This document shows positions 46,734 through 55,227 of a stretch of 64,000 nucleotides of DNA, piece after piece. Below the pieces are notes generated by a model that saw only the letters and a list, made by a program, of their open reading frames with translations, searched no databases and was not told where the DNA came from. Source of the stretch: an uncultured Chloroflexia bacterium (GTDB lineage Bacteria > Chloroflexota > Limnocylindria > Limnocylindrales > CSP1-4); assembly GCA_963768675.1 (NCBI GenBank), contig CAVYIV010000026.1, positions 23,988 to 87,987 on the forward strand, written 5' to 3'. Position 1 is the stretch's first letter, and every line of letters starts with the position of its first letter. Made by a program: the position numbers and the translations under genes.

Positions 46734-46754
46734 CCATTGATAGCCCACAGGCAC
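46734..46754. promoter_or_regulatory. shared upstream motif, copy 2: CCATTGATAGCCCACAGGCAC, followed by TATCAT 8 nt before the MarR ATG
   Basis: Read directly from the sequence. The geometry would give a leaderless or near-leaderless marR transcript. Confidence 0.35.
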
Positions 46755-46775
46755 GTAGCCTCTATCATCGTCCCG

Positions 46776-47255
46776 ATGACTGACGGCCGATCGACTCGGC
46801 ATTCCCCGTTGCCCACCGCCGGCGACGGCTTGGCCAACGATGTCGAGCGGATTGCCGTCGCTGCGGTCGCCCTCACCGCGCGAGCCCTGGCTGAGGCCGA
46901 CGGCGGCGCTGACCTGACGTTTCCCCAATGGCGGGCCATCGTAGTGCTGGGCGAGCGCGCGGACGGGGCCCGGATCGGCGAAGTAGCGGCTCGAGTGGGC
47001 GTCACGATCCCGGCGACGGGCCGCCTCCTGCGGCGCCTCGAGCGGCGCGGCCTCGTCGCGCTTCGGGTCGACGAGCTGGACCGGCGAGCCACCCGCGCCC
47101 GCCTCACCGACGGCGGCGCCGCCGTTCGGGCGGCCATCCTGGGGCATCGGCGGGGCGTCCTTCGCGATGTCGTCGCCAGTGCGGGCGATCCGGAACGCCT
47201 CTCTCTCGCGGACGGGCTGGCGGCCATCGCTGCCGAACTCGACCGGTTCGCGTGA
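46776..47255 (+). CDS. MarR-family transcriptional regulator
   Basis: Lies inside ORF 46737..47255(+), with ATG 46776. LTFPQWRAIVVLGE...IGEVAARVGVTIPATGRLLRRLERRGLV...DRRATRARLT is a MarR wHTH. Confidence 0.8.
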   Translation: MTDGRSTRHSPLPTAGDGLANDVERIAVAAVALTARALAEADGGADLTFPQWRAIVVLGERADGARIGEVAARVGVTIPATGRLLRRLERRGLVALRVDELDRRATRARLTDGGAAVRAAILGHRRGVLRDVVASAGDPERLSLADGLAAIAAELDRFA

Positions 47256-49339
47256 CCGCCTTCGCCGCGCGGCGCGTGGATGCCGGGCTTCGTGCGGTTC
47301 GGCACCGGATCCGCGCGGCGAGCTACCTGCGCAGATGGGTGGTCCTCGGGGCGGGCATCGGCGTTGTCGGCGGGATCGGCGCGATCGTCTTCTACACCTC
47401 CCTAGAGGTGGCGACGCGCTTCTTCCTCGGTACCCTGGCCGGGTATACGCCTCCGACCCCGGCGGGCGAAGGTGGCGCCCCGATCACCGATGCCCTGCGG
47501 CCGTGGGCGATCCCCCTGGTCGTCGCGCTCGGTGGCCTGCTCTCCGGGATCATCGTCTTCCGCTTCGCGCCCGAGGCTGAGGGGCACGGGACCGATGCGG
47601 CGATCGGGGCGTTCCATCACGACCCCCGCGGCATCCGGGCCCGGATCCCGCTGGTCAAGCTCGTCGCCTCGGCGCTGACGATCGGCTCGGGCGGCTCCGG
47701 CGGCCGCGAGGGTCCGACCGCCCAGATCAGCGCCGGCTTCGGCTCCTTCCTCGGCCGCCTGCTCGACCTCGAGGCGCGGGACGCCCGGATCGCGGTCGCG
47801 GTCGGCATGGCGGCCGGGATCGGCGCGATCTTCCGGGCGCCCCTCGGCGGCGCGATCCTCGGCGCCGAGCTGCTGTATCGCGACGACATCGAGTCGGACG
47901 CCCTCTTCCCGTCGTTCATCGCGACGATCGTGGCGTACTCGATCTTCGGGTCCGTCGAGGGCTTCAGCCCGATCTTCGGCACCCAGGCGTTGTACGGCTT
48001 CTCCAATCCCGCCCAGCTCGCCTGGTACGCCCTGATCGGCATCGTCTGTGGGTTTGTCGGCCTTCTGTACATCCGCGGCTTCTACGGGCTCACCGAGTGG
48101 TTCGGGCGCTGGACGATGCCGCGGATGCTTCGGCCGGCGATCGCCGGCTTCGTGGTCGGCTGCCTTGGCCTGGTGATCCCTGGGGCCCTCGGGACCGGCT
48201 ACGGCTTCGTGCAGACGGGGCTCGACTCGCGCAGTCTCCTCGCCATCCCGCTCTGGATGATCCTGGTCCTACCGTTCGCCAAGATCCTCTCCACGTCACT
48301 CTCGATCGGGTCCGGTGGGTCCGGTGGCGTCTTCGGGCCGGGCATGGTGGTCGGCGGCCTCCTCGGGGCCGGGATCTGGCGCCTCCTCGAGCCGTTTGCG
48401 CCGGCGATCCCTGCGAGCCCCGCGCCGTTCGTGATCGTGGCGATGATGGCGCTCTTCGGGAGCGTCGCCCACGCCCCGCTGGCGGTCATGCTGATGGTTG
48501 CCGAGATGACCGGCAACCTCTCCATGCTCGCCCCCGCGATGATCGCTGTGGGCCTCGCCACGTTCGTCGTCGGGCACCCGAGCATCTACAAGAACCAGCT
48601 GGAGTCGCGCTCCGACTCGCCGGCCCACCGGTTCCGCTTCGCCATGCCGCTGCTCGCATCGGTCCCTGTCGGCGACGCTGCCCGGCAGGCCCGGGTGGTA
48701 GTGAGCGTTGACGAGGTCGCCGCCGTCGCCTGCGCGAAGATGGAGGCGGCAGGCGTGCCAGGGGCCCCGGTCGTGGCCCGCGACGGATCGGTGATGGGCA
48801 TGGTCGACCTGGACAAGCTCTGGCTCGCGCCCGGGGGTGGGCGCATCGGTACGTCCGGGTACATGCGCGATCCGATCCTCGCGGCCGACGACGGGCTCGA
48901 TGATGCCCTCGGCTCGCTCGCCGACCATCACCGATCCTGGGCCCCCGTCGTGACGGGCGGTCGCCTCGTGGGCGTCCTCTCGGTCCAGGACGCCATGGCC
49001 GCCTACCGGACTGCCCTCCGCGGCAACATCCGGCAGGTTCGCGGGCTCGGCGCGGGCGGGGTGATCATCGAGACGGAGATCGCGCCCGGGTCGTCGCTCG
49101 CGGGGCGGCGTGTTTCGGACGTCCCCTGGCCGCGGGATGCGGTCCTGGTCGCGATCGAGCGCGACGGGGTCCTGCACGTTCCCCGCGGTGACCTCGAGCT
49201 CGCGGCGGGTGATCTCGCCTCGATCTTCGCGGCGCCGTCGGCACGCCCCGCGGTGGAGGCGCTGCTCAACGCAAGAGTGCCGCCGACGGACGTCGTCGGG
49301 CCGGCGGTCCGGACGGAGACGGAGGGGCTTGACGTCTGA
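47252..49339 (+). CDS. ClC-family chloride channel/transporter with C-terminal CBS pair and TrkA-C-like domain
   Basis: Lies inside ORF 46928..49339(+). GTG 47252 overlaps the MarR stop (GTGA). It has the selectivity motifs GSGGSGGREGP, GIGAIFRAPLGG and GGSGGVFGP. The frame is uninterrupted over 2 kb. Confidence 0.85.
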   Translation: MTAFAARRVDAGLRAVRHRIRAASYLRRWVVLGAGIGVVGGIGAIVFYTSLEVATRFFLGTLAGYTPPTPAGEGGAPITDALRPWAIPLVVALGGLLSGIIVFRFAPEAEGHGTDAAIGAFHHDPRGIRARIPLVKLVASALTIGSGGSGGREGPTAQISAGFGSFLGRLLDLEARDARIAVAVGMAAGIGAIFRAPLGGAILGAELLYRDDIESDALFPSFIATIVAYSIFGSVEGFSPIFGTQALYGFSNPAQLAWYALIGIVCGFVGLLYIRGFYGLTEWFGRWTMPRMLRPAIAGFVVGCLGLVIPGALGTGYGFVQTGLDSRSLLAIPLWMILVLPFAKILSTSLSIGSGGSGGVFGPGMVVGGLLGAGIWRLLEPFAPAIPASPAPFVIVAMMALFGSVAHAPLAVMLMVAEMTGNLSMLAPAMIAVGLATFVVGHPSIYKNQLESRSDSPAHRFRFAMPLLASVPVGDAARQARVVVSVDEVAAVACAKMEAAGVPGAPVVARDGSVMGMVDLDKLWLAPGGGRIGTSGYMRDPILAADDGLDDALGSLADHHRSWAPVVTGGRLVGVLSVQDAMAAYRTALRGNIRQVRGLGAGGVIIETEIAPGSSLAGRRVSDVPWPRDAVLVAIERDGVLHVPRGDLELAAGDLASIFAAPSARPAVEALLNARVPPTDVVGPAVRTETEGLDV

Positions 49340-49451
49340 GTGATCGGAGTCGGTCGTCCGTATCGACGGCATCGTGAAGCACGCGGGCGGACCGCGGCGA
49401 TCGGACTCGACGCGACCCGCCATCCCCGGGGGCCTTACTCAGCTGTTCGGC

Positions 49452-50702
49452 TCAGCTGTCCGGCTCGGCCTCGATTGCACCCATCGGCCCTGCTCCCTCG
49501 ACGCGCGCCCAGCGGAGGACGCGGGCGGCTGTCGTCCCCTGGACGAGCAGCGTGAAGAGGATCACGCCGAACACGATCCCCTGGAGCAGCTCGCGATCGG
49601 CGGTCCCGTCCGGGATGGACAGGGCAAGCGCGGCCGCCACCGCGCCCCGCAGGCCGGTCCAGTTCATAACGTGGAGCCACGAGAGCGGCAGCGAGGGCAC
49701 GAGGCCGATCCGGCGTTCGAGCCGAGCCGCGCCCCCCAGGAGGCCGTAGATCACGATCGCGCGTCCGAGCAGGACGGCGAGCACGCCCCAGGCGATGGAG
49801 ACTGCGGCGGCCCCGAGCGACGGGAGCGGGATCGCAATCCCGATCAACAGGAACGCCGCGCCGGTCAGGACGAAGGCGAGGAACTCCCACACGACGTCGA
49901 TCGAGTCCTGGCCTCGCGGGCTCATGCCCTCGCGCCTCCCATACGACCCCAGGACGATCCCCGCGACCACGCTCCCGATGATCCCGGACGCGTGCACGGC
50001 GTCCGCAACGAGGTACGTCCCGTACGCGGCCAGGAGCGTCAGGGTGAGCTCGATGAGGTGGTCGTTCGTCGCCTTCAGCGCGCGGGAGATGAGCAACCCG
50101 GACAGGGCGCCGATCGCGATGCTCCCCAGCAGAGCGAGGGCGAACTGCACGATGCTGTCGCCGAGCGTGGGCGGCTGGGTTGCCAACGCGGCCACGGCGA
50201 CGACGAATGCGAGGGCTGCGGTGCCGTCGTTGAAGAGGCTCTCGGCGTCGACGAGCGTCACGAGGCGCCGCGGCGCGTCGAGCCTGCGCATCGTGCTCAC
50301 GACGGCGACGGGATCCGTGGCCGAGACGATCGCGCCGACGAGGAAGGCCTCGTTGAGCGGCAGGCCGGTCGCCGCGTGCAGGATGAACGCCACGACCGCC
50401 GCCGTCACAAGGACGCCGGGCACGGCGAGGAGCGCCACGCCGCCGAAGGTCCGGCGCAGCTCGTTGCCGTCGAGACGGTAGGCGGCCTCGAACACGAGGC
50501 CGGGCAGCAGCACGGTGACGACCAGCTCGGGCGATGCCACGAGCTTCTGCTGCACCGGCAGCGCGGAGACCGCCAGCCCGACGAGGACGAGCGCCACCGT
50601 GTACGGGAGGCGCAGCTTGCCCGACACGAACGCGACGACCGGCAGCGCGACGAGGAACGCGACGAACAGGATCAGGTCGGTCGGCGGGGCGCTCCCGGAC
50701 AT
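49452..50702 (-). CDS. Na+/H+ (cation:proton) antiporter, CPA1 family
   Basis: Lies inside ORF 49452..50762(-), with ATG 50702. It has AIVSATDPVAV and ESLFNDGTA. Confidence 0.85.
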   Translation of the reverse strand: MSGSAPPTDLILFVAFLVALPVVAFVSGKLRLPYTVALVLVGLAVSALPVQQKLVASPELVVTVLLPGLVFEAAYRLDGNELRRTFGGVALLAVPGVLVTAAVVAFILHAATGLPLNEAFLVGAIVSATDPVAVVSTMRRLDAPRRLVTLVDAESLFNDGTAALAFVVAVAALATQPPTLGDSIVQFALALLGSIAIGALSGLLISRALKATNDHLIELTLTLLAAYGTYLVADAVHASGIIGSVVAGIVLGSYGRREGMSPRGQDSIDVVWEFLAFVLTGAAFLLIGIAIPLPSLGAAAVSIAWGVLAVLLGRAIVIYGLLGGAARLERRIGLVPSLPLSWLHVMNWTGLRGAVAAALALSIPDGTADRELLQGIVFGVILFTLLVQGTTAARVLRWARVEGAGPMGAIEAEPDS

Positions 50703-50805
50703 GACGATATGGTAGGCGCCGGAGGTTGCGGACCGGAGATCGAGTACGCCTGACACGATCACCGATGTTTCGCACGGGAACCCACGGCGCTATCCTTGGC
50801 CCGCA

Positions 50806-51324
50806 ATGACGAGCGGATCGCAGCCGCCACGCGTGACCCCGCCCTGGCCGGATGCCGCGCCGGCCGCCGATGCCACGATCGAGCCCATCGCCTCGGGACG
50901 CGACGACGCGGGGCAGCCCGTTCACCGCGGCTGGGCACCGCTGGGCAGCCATCGACGCTGGATGGAGCCCTTCGTGCTGGCGATGGTCGGCGCAACCGGC
51001 GGGCACGGCTACGCGCTCCAGGCCCAGCTCGACGAGCTCGGCCTCGCAAACGGGGAGGTCGACGTCGGCCAGGTCTACCGGACGCTGCGGGACCTCGAGG
51101 ATGCCGGGCAGGTCGTCTCGAGCTGGACGTCCGACCGGGTGGGGCCGCAGCGGCGCGACTACGTCCTGACCCAGAGCGGCTTCGAGGCGCTCCACGAGTG
51201 GGCGGCCGTGATGCGTGAGCGGACGCGCCTGATCGCCGCGTTCGACGAGCTGCACCGGCAGGTGCACCGGGAACACCCGGACCTCTCGACCGGGATCGGG
51301 TGGCGGCCCGACGCTGACGACTAG
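50806..51324 (+). CDS. PadR-family transcriptional regulator
   Basis: ORF 50806..51324(+). RRWMEPFVLAMVGATGGHGYALQAQL...VGQVYRTLRDLEDAGQV...RRDYVLT matches PadR. The true start may be internal. Confidence 0.75.
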   Translation: MTSGSQPPRVTPPWPDAAPAADATIEPIASGRDDAGQPVHRGWAPLGSHRRWMEPFVLAMVGATGGHGYALQAQLDELGLANGEVDVGQVYRTLRDLEDAGQVVSSWTSDRVGPQRRDYVLTQSGFEALHEWAAVMRERTRLIAAFDELHRQVHREHPDLSTGIGWRPDADD

Positions 51325-53914
51325 CCCGAGGCGGGGCCCGTCAGCCAACCCTCGCTGAGTCGCTTGACGACCTCGACGAGGGCGAGATAGGCGGCCACGA
51401 TCCCGGCCAGCAGGACCCAGAAGACCGGTGGCAGTCCGGCGAACCCGAGCAGGCTGCCGAGCGGGCCGACGGGGACCAGGACGGCCGCCGCCAGCGCGAT
51501 CAGGATCGCGGCGACGAGCGTGCGGCTGGGCCGGCTGTGCCAGAACGGGCTGCGGCGCGTGCGGATCACGAGCACGACGAGGATCTGGGTGAACAGCGAC
51601 TCGATGAACCAGCCGGTGTGGAAGGCCTTCTCGTCCTGGCCCAGGACCAGGATCAGCAGCCCGAAGGTCAGGAAGTCGAAGATCGACGAGATCGGGCCGA
51701 AGAGGACCATGAAGCGCTCCACGCCGCGGATGTCCCAGCGCGCGGGCTGCGCCTCCACCTCCGGGTCGACGAGGTCGGTGGGGATCGCGGTCTGCGAGGC
51801 GTCATAGATCAGGTTGTTGAGCAGGATCTGGCCCGGCGTCATCGGCAGGAAGGGGAGCACGAGCGCCGCCCCGGTCATGCTCAGCATGTTCCCGAAGTTC
51901 GAGCTCGTGCCCATCCGGATGTACTTGAGCGTGTTGGCGAACGTGCGGCGGCCCTCGACGACACCCTGGTGGATCGCGGCGAGGCTCGGCTCGAGCAGGA
52001 TGATGTCGGCCGCGCGAGCGCGCCACGTCCGTCGCATTGTCGACGCTGATCCCGACGTCGGCGGCGTGGAGCGCCGGCGCGTCGTTGATCCCGTCGCCGA
52101 GGTAGCCCACGACCGCGCCGCCGTCGTGGAGCGCCCGGATCACCTGGAGCTTCTGGTCGGGGTCGACGCGGGCGAAGATCGTCGTGCGCTTCGGCCCGGG
52201 CCACGAGGGCGGGGTGGGTGAGCCCCCGCATCTCCTCGCCGGTCAGGACGCCCTCCACGACCAGTCCCACCTGCCCCGCGACGTGGCGGGCGACGAGGTC
52301 GTTGTCGCCGGTGACGACCTTGAGCGTCACGCCGTCGCGGCGCAGCTGGGCGATTGTCTCGCCGACGCCCTCCTTCGGCGGGTCACTGAACAGGATGAGG
52401 CCCTCGAAGACGAGGTCTCGCTCGACCTTCTCCGGCTCGGCCAGGCGGGCCTTCCCGTCGGCGCCGGAGGCCCCGATCTCCTCCGGCGCCAATGCCCGCG
52501 ACCCGACCGCGACCAGCCGGAACCCGTCCGCCGAGGCGCCGTCGACGAGCTTCGCGAGGCGCTCGTGCTCCGCCGTGCCGATCGGCCGGGCCGTGTGATC
52601 CTCGCGAACCTGGCTCGAGCGGAGGAGCACCGCCTCCGGCGCCCCCTTCGTCACGAGCAGCGGCGCGTCCGCTCCCTGCTGGACCACGACGCTGAGCAGC
52701 CGCCGCGTGAAGTCGTAGGGGAGCTCGGCGAGCTTCTGGAAGGTCGCGAGGTCGTCCGGCTCGGGGGTCCCGGCGAGGATCGCCGCGTCGAGCGGGTTCG
52801 TGAAGCCGGTCTGGAAGTGGCTGTTGAGGTAGGCGAGCTCCAGCGCCCGCGCCGCCTCCGCCGCGTCGTCCCGGTCGATGCCGACCGAGCGGACGATCCC
52901 GAGCTTGCCGGCGGTGAGGGTGCCGGTCTTGTCCGTGCACAGGACCGTCACGCTGCCCATGTTCTGGATCGCCGGGAGACGCTTCACGAGGACCCCGCGC
53001 CGGCTGAGCGCCCGGGCGCCCTGGGTGAGGTTGAGCGTCACGATGGCCGGCAGCAGCTCCGGGGTGAGGCCGACGGCGAGGGCGATCGCGAACAGGAGCG
53101 ACTCGAGGAGCGGCCGGTTCAGCGCGAGGTTGATCGCCAGCACGGCGATCACGAGCAGGGTGGTGACCCGGAACACGAGGGCCCCGAAGGCCCGGACGCC
53201 CCGCTGGAAGTCGTTCTCCGGGGCGCGTTCCGCGAGGTGGCGGGCAATCTCGCCGTAGCTCGTCCGGGCGCCCGTGGCGGTGACCACGCCGCTCCCCGTG
53301 CCGCTGACCACGCTCGTCCCGAAGAAGCCGAGGCCGTCGCGATCGTCGGGACCCGGCGGCCCGAGCGCCGGGTCGCGGGGGTACTTCGCCGCGGGCGCCG
53401 ACTCGCCGGTGAGCGACGCCTCGTCGACGTAGAGGTGGTCGGCCTCGAGGATCCGGACATCGGCCGGGACGATGTCGCCGGCGCTGAGCATCACGAGGTC
53501 GTCGCGCACGACCGCGTGGATCGGGACCTCCTGCCGGGAGCCGTCGCGCACGACCGTCGCGTGCAGGGTCAGGCGGGCCTGGAGCGCGGCGACGGCCGTC
53601 TCGGAGCGAGCCTCCTGGACGAACCCGAGCGCTGCGCTCATCGCGACGATGGCCAGGATGATCGCGGCCGTGACCTCGTCGCCGACCACGAGGCTGACCA
53701 GGCTCGCCGCGACGAGGATCAGGACGAGCGGGCTCGCGACCTGGGCGACCAGGATGGCGAGGAGCGTCCGGCGACCGCTGCCGCCGATCCTGTTCGGGCC
53801 GTCGAGGCGGAGCCGCTCGGCCGCCTGGGCCGAGGTCAGACCCCTGGAAGCGTCGCGCCCGGGCGCCGCGGGTTCCGGGGGTCCTGCGTCAGCAGGCTCT
53901 TCGCTGTGGGCCAC
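51321..53914 (-). CDS. P-type cation-transporting ATPase (MgtA / P2-P3-like); two frameshifts (about 52188 and about 52010)
   Basis: ORF 51881..54121(-) carries TGES, the phosphorylation site LCTDKTGTLT, KGAPE and VTGDN. ORF 51802..52143 carries GDGINDAPAL. ORF 51321..52037 carries ADIILLE... and the last TM helices. The start is uncertain and lies between GTG 53914 and 54121. Confidence 0.75.
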
Positions 53915-54061
53915 GTCCTCGCCGTTCGATCCTCGTTCGAGATCGCAGTGTACGCCCGGAGCCCCTGCCCGGAGACGCTGCCCGATGGCACCCGGATCGG
54001 CGTCGATCGGCACTCGCGAAGCTGTCGGCCGCGTGGTAGATCGTGGCGGAAGGAGGCAGCC

Positions 54062-54370
54062 ATGAGCCAACCGGGAGTGACGCTCGAGCCGCCGGAGAGC
54101 CCGACCGACCGACCCGAGCATCTCGACGAGCCCGCCGAGCCGTTCATGGTCGCGGGCCGGCCGTTTGAGGACCGCAGCTTCGAGGTGGTCGAGGCCGGGG
54201 TGGGGATCTCCCTGGGCATGGCGATCGGCACCGCCGTGGCGGGACCCATCGGGACCGCCGTGGGAGGCGTCCTCGGAGCGGCGGCCGGCATCGTGGCGGG
54301 CGAGGCGCTCGAGCGGGCCGCCGGGCGCGCCGCAACGACGACCGACGCCGCGGACGAAGAGCCGGAGTAG
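54062..54370 (+). CDS. small glycine-zipper membrane protein
   Basis: These are the last 102 codons of ORF 52184..54370(+). ATG 54062 follows GGAAGGAGG by 5 nt. It has GMAIGTAVAGPIGTAVGGVLGAAAGIVAG. Confidence 0.7.
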   Translation: MSQPGVTLEPPESPTDRPEHLDEPAEPFMVAGRPFEDRSFEVVEAGVGISLGMAIGTAVAGPIGTAVGGVLGAAAGIVAGEALERAAGRAATTTDAADEEPE

Positions 54371-54438
54371 CTCGGGGCTCCGGAAGCCGGTCCCCCGGCG
54401 GCGGCCTCAGGCCCGGCCGTCTCGCTGCCGGGTTCGGC

Positions 54439-54795
54439 TCAGTCGCGGCCCCGGAGCAGCGAGACCCGGAAGGGGCGCAGCTCCCCGCGCGCGAACCCGC
54501 CCGCGATGACCGGGTCCTCGTCCATGATCCGGCGCGCCGCTGCTTCGTCGGGCGCCTCGAAGATGGCGATCCCGGTGTTGGTCCGTCCCAACGTCGGCCC
54601 GACGAGCACGATCACGCCCTCCGCCATGAGTCTCTGCAACCGCTCGAAGTGGACGGCCCAGACCGCCTGCTCTTCGGGTGTCATCGTCGCCGCGAAGTCG
54701 TCCCGCGGCGGATGGATGAAATAGATCCACTCGGACATGCCCGCCTCCGGCCGCTCAGGGGGTGCAATCGGTGACGCCGTCATGGTGCCCTTCAC
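54439..54795 (-). CDS. YciI-family protein
   Basis: ORF 54439..54795(-), possibly starting at ATG 54738 (MSEWIYFIHP...). The LVGPT...GIAIFEA...DPV pattern is YciI-like. Confidence 0.7.
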   Translation of the reverse strand: MKGTMTASPIAPPERPEAGMSEWIYFIHPPRDDFAATMTPEEQAVWAVHFERLQRLMAEGVIVLVGPTLGRTNTGIAIFEAPDEAAARRIMDEDPVIAGGFARGELRPFRVSLLRGRD

Positions 54796-54819
54796 TCGCG
54801 ATTCTGGACGGACGAGCGC

Positions 54820-55227
54820 ATGCTAGAAGACTGTCGTGTGACTGCCTGCGTGGAAGGGCACGGACCACCCGAGATGAAGGCCCGGTTCGTCCGGTTCGGG
54901 ATCGTCGAGATCGACGGGAAGCGCTACGAGCGTGACGTCATGGTCGTCGGAGGCCAGGTCGAGCGGCGGCACAAGCGCGCCTCGAGGCCCCTCCGGGATC
55001 GCTATGGCCACACGCCGCTCAGCCTGGCGGAGCCCATCCCGTGGGCATGCCGCCGGCTGATCGTCGGAACTGGGGCAGACGGCGCCCTTCCCATCACGGA
55101 CGATGTCGTCGCTGAGGCGGCGCGGCGGGGGGTGGAGCTGGTCGCCGTGCCCACGCCGGAGGCGTGCCGCCTGGTCTCCCGCGCCGACCCCGAGGTGACC
55201 GCCGCGATCCTGCACGTGACCTGCTAG
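54820..55227 (+). CDS. Mth938-like (DUF498) domain protein
   Basis: ORF 54820..55227(+), possibly starting at ATG 54874. It has FGIVEIDGKRYERDVMV...LIVGTGADGALPI...GVELVAVPTPEAC. Confidence 0.7.
   Translation: MLEDCRVTACVEGHGPPEMKARFVRFGIVEIDGKRYERDVMVVGGQVERRHKRASRPLRDRYGHTPLSLAEPIPWACRRLIVGTGADGALPITDDVVAEAARRGVELVAVPTPEACRLVSRADPEVTAAILHVTC

Noticed and set aside
49340-49451. A possible bidirectional terminator between the convergent ClC and antiporter genes (CAGCTG...CAGCTG).
   Set aside because: Only a 6-bp self-complementary hexamer is repeated. There is no convincing GC-rich stem followed by a T-tract. The same applies to the 54371-54438 convergent gap.
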